64,000 nt of DNA from Candidatus Micrarchaeia archaeon (lineage in GTDB: Archaea > Micrarchaeota > Micrarchaeia > CABMEP01), in contig JAVZXS010000003.1 of NCBI GenBank assembly GCA_038886535.1, positions 1-64,000 on the forward strand, read 5' to 3'. Shown in pieces: positions 61,607-64,000 of this stretch. Every line of letters begins with the position of its first letter. Positions within the stretch are counted from its first letter, which is position 1. Below the pieces are notes generated by a model that had not been told where the DNA came from, ran no database searches, and saw only the letters and a program-made list of their open reading frames with translations. The translations under genes were made by a program, and so were the position numbers.

Positions 61607-64000
61607 TTAGCTGCATCCGCTTGTTGCGCCGCAATTAAGGCACTTGTAGCATGCACCATTTCTTACCATTATTGCCCCGCAGTAAGAGCAAGCTGGTGCA
61701 TCTTCTGAGTTTTGGAATGCAACCTTACTGTTTTTCTTTTCAGTTGCAATAGCAACGGCAGGAGCCGCAACCGGTTTTGTTTCAACTAACTTCTCAGCAG
61801 CTCTTGCAGCATCGCTGCTTATTGTCTGCGTTGAATTCCCAGGTGGGGAACCTATTGCACTGTTTTCAGCAGGCACCTGATTTACAGCTTCTACTGTTTC
61901 AGGAATCTCTTCCTCTTTCATATAGGAGGTTATAGGACCTTCGGCTTCAAGATTTAATCCAACCTCTATCTGCTCCTCCCTGCTTAGGAATTTCAAAGCC
62001 ATCCATCTGAATATGTAATCCATTAATGATTTAGCAAATCTTATGTTTGGATGAGAGGTGTATCCAGATGGTTCGAATCTCATGTGGACGAATTTCTTAA
62101 CCAAGGTCTTCAAAGGAACTCCATACTGGAGAGCAATTGATATGGATGTTGCAAAAGCATCCATCAATCCAGAGATGGTACTTCCTTCCTTGGACATGGT
62201 GATGAATATCTCTCCAGGTTGCCCATTTTCATACAGTCCCACAGTTATATATCCTTCATGCCCAGATATACTGAACTTATGGGTAATTGATCTCCTCTCG
62301 TCAGGAAGTTTTCTCCTGGTGGGTCGGTTTACCACCACTTCCTTCACAACTTCTTTTACAACCTCTTTAACTTCAACCTTGGCCGCCTCGATCTTATCTA
62401 CCTCCTTCACCTCTTTGGTGAGCGTGATAGGCTGGACTCCTTTTGACCCATCTCTATATATTGCAATTGCCTTGAGTCCAAGCTCCCATGAAGTCATATA
62501 TGCATTATAGATGTCTTCCACTGTTGATTCCTTAGGCATATTAACCGTTTTCGAAATAGCACCCGATATAAATGGCTGGACAGCAGCCATCATTTTGATA
62601 TGGCCAAGGTAATGAATGAATCGTTTGCCATTTGCAGGCTTGAATGCGCAATCGAATACAGGTAGATGCTCTTCCTTCAGGTGTGGTGCACCTTCTATAG
62701 TTTCTTTATCATCTATGTATTGCATTATTTCATTTATCTGTTGTTCTGTGTATCCTAATCTCTTAAGTGCGATAGGAACCGTTGAGTTTACTATCTTCAT
62801 CATTCCCCCGCCAACTAGCCATTTGTATTTAATTAATGCAATATCCGGTTCTATTCCTGTTGTATCACAATCCATCAGGAATCCTATCGTGCCTGTAGGT
62901 GCAAGGGCAGATATCTGTGCATTTCTATATCCATACATAGAACCAGATGCAAACGCATGTCTCCATGCTTCAATCGCAGCGTTCCTTAAATAGTGAGGTG
63001 CTTTATCACTTATGGATTCAGCTTGATCAAGATGCATCTTTATTACTTCTAACATTGATTCCTTGTTCATTTCGTATTTGTTGAATGACCCCATTCTCTT
63101 TGCAAGCATAGCTGATATATAATAGCCATAACCTGTCATCAACGCACTTACTGCAGCTGCATATGCTCTTCCTTCATCACTATCATATGGAAGTCCGCAT
63201 GCCATAAGCAGAGCCCCCAGATTTGCATAGCCCAAACCAAGAGGTCTAAAGTCGATAGAATTCCTTTCAATTTCAGGTGTAGGATAGGCTGCATTACCTA
63301 CTATGATTTCTTGTGCAGTTATCATTATTGCAACTGTATGCTTGAATTTTTCAGTGTCAAATCTTCCGGTTTCTGGATCAAGATATTTCAGTAGATTTAT
63401 TGATGCCAAGTTGCATGCAGAGTTGTCAAGAAACATATATTCGCTGCATGGATTGGATGCATTTATCCTACCGCTTGCCTTGCAGGTATGCCACTTGTTG
63501 ATAGTAGTATCAAATTGTATGCCCGGATCTCCACATTCCCATGTTGCTTCTGCAATCTCTTTCATTATAGTTCGTGCATCTAATTTTTCACATTCTTTTC
63601 CAGTTGTCACATATTTTGTTGAGTATTCTTTTCCTTCTTTTACTGCTTGCATGAATTCATCTGTTACTCGTACAGAATTATTAGCGTTCTGGAAAAAGAT
63701 ATTAGAATATACTTCTCCATCAAGAGAACCATCATAACCCAACTTTATTAGATCTTTTGCCTTTCTTTCCTCCTTTGCCTTGCACCAGATAAATTCTCTT
63801 ATGTCTGGATGATCTACATTTAATATAACCATCTTAGCAGCTCTTCTTGTCTTTCCTCCAGATTTTATTACTCCTGCAAATGCATCATATCCTTTCATAA
63901 ACGATACAGGGCCAGATGCCTTTCCACCACTCGACAAATGTTCTTTTGATGATCTAAGCACAGAGAGATTAACTCCAGCACCAGATCCATACTTAAACAA
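61607..64000 (-). CDS. nrdJ: Class II (AdoCbl-dependent) ribonucleotide reductase, 5' part outside the window
   Basis: SGGKTRRAAKM, NASNPCSEY, CNLASINL, APTGTIG, C-terminal domain with terminal CxxC..CxxC. Confidence 0.95.
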   Translation of the reverse strand: MFKYGSGAGVNLSVLRSSKEHLSSGGKASGPVSFMKGYDAFAGVIKSGGKTRRAAKMVILNVDHPDIREFIWCKAKEERKAKDLIKLGYDGSLDGEVYSNIFFQNANNSVRVTDEFMQAVKEGKEYSTKYVTTGKECEKLDARTIMKEIAEATWECGDPGIQFDTTINKWHTCKASGRINASNPCSEYMFLDNSACNLASINLLKYLDPETGRFDTEKFKHTVAIMITAQEIIVGNAAYPTPEIERNSIDFRPLGLGYANLGALLMACGLPYDSDEGRAYAAAVSALMTGYGYYISAMLAKRMGSFNKYEMNKESMLEVIKMHLDQAESISDKAPHYLRNAAIEAWRHAFASGSMYGYRNAQISALAPTGTIGFLMDCDTTGIEPDIALIKYKWLVGGGMMKIVNSTVPIALKRLGYTEQQINEIMQYIDDKETIEGAPHLKEEHLPVFDCAFKPANGKRFIHYLGHIKMMAAVQPFISGAISKTVNMPKESTVEDIYNAYMTSWELGLKAIAIYRDGSKGVQPITLTKEVKEVDKIEAAKVEVKEVVKEVVKEVVVNRPTRRKLPDERRSITHKFSISGHEGYITVGLYENGQPGEIFITMSKEGSTISGLMDAFATSISIALQYGVPLKTLVKKFVHMRFEPSGYTSHPNIRFAKSLMDYIFRWMALKFLSREEQIEVGLNLEAEGPITSYMKEEEIPETVEAVNQVPAENSAIGSPPGNSTQTISSDAARAAEKLVETKPVAAPAVAIATEKKNSKVAFQNSEDAPACSYCGAIMVRNGACYKCLNCGATSGCS

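Overview
AT-rich archaeal chromosome segment; gene content and style point to a DPANN lineage, possibly Micrarchaeota-like (inference). Housekeeping genes: NAD kinase, RFC-L, aRF1, SerRS, ValRS, GlyRS, PyrH, thermosome, Nop5, SecF/SecD, Cbf5, the S13-S4-S11-RpoD-L18e-L13-S9-RpoN-S2 cluster, Hef, a PIN-ATPase, Lhr, deoxyhypusine synthase and a partial class II RNR. Three tRNAs carry introns, two of them in the T-loop. A cell-envelope locus holds a giant surface protein, a polytopic membrane double-AAA ATPase, the S-layer protein and two membrane proteins sharing a Cys domain. Highlights: (1) aRF1 has a 514-aa intein exactly at its catalytic loop, which reads GGS instead of GGQ; (2) two orphan proteins look like outer-membrane-type beta-barrels; (3) an AAA_14/DUF4143-type ATPase gene is bracketed by 48-bp direct repeats between duplicated DEDDh exonucleases; (4) several long structured 5' leaders, one pseudoknot-capable; (5) a degenerate agmatinase beside DHS, a frameshifted dCMP deaminase and a possible PvcA/Dit1-like enzyme. 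All assignments come from motif recognition by eye; no searches were run.
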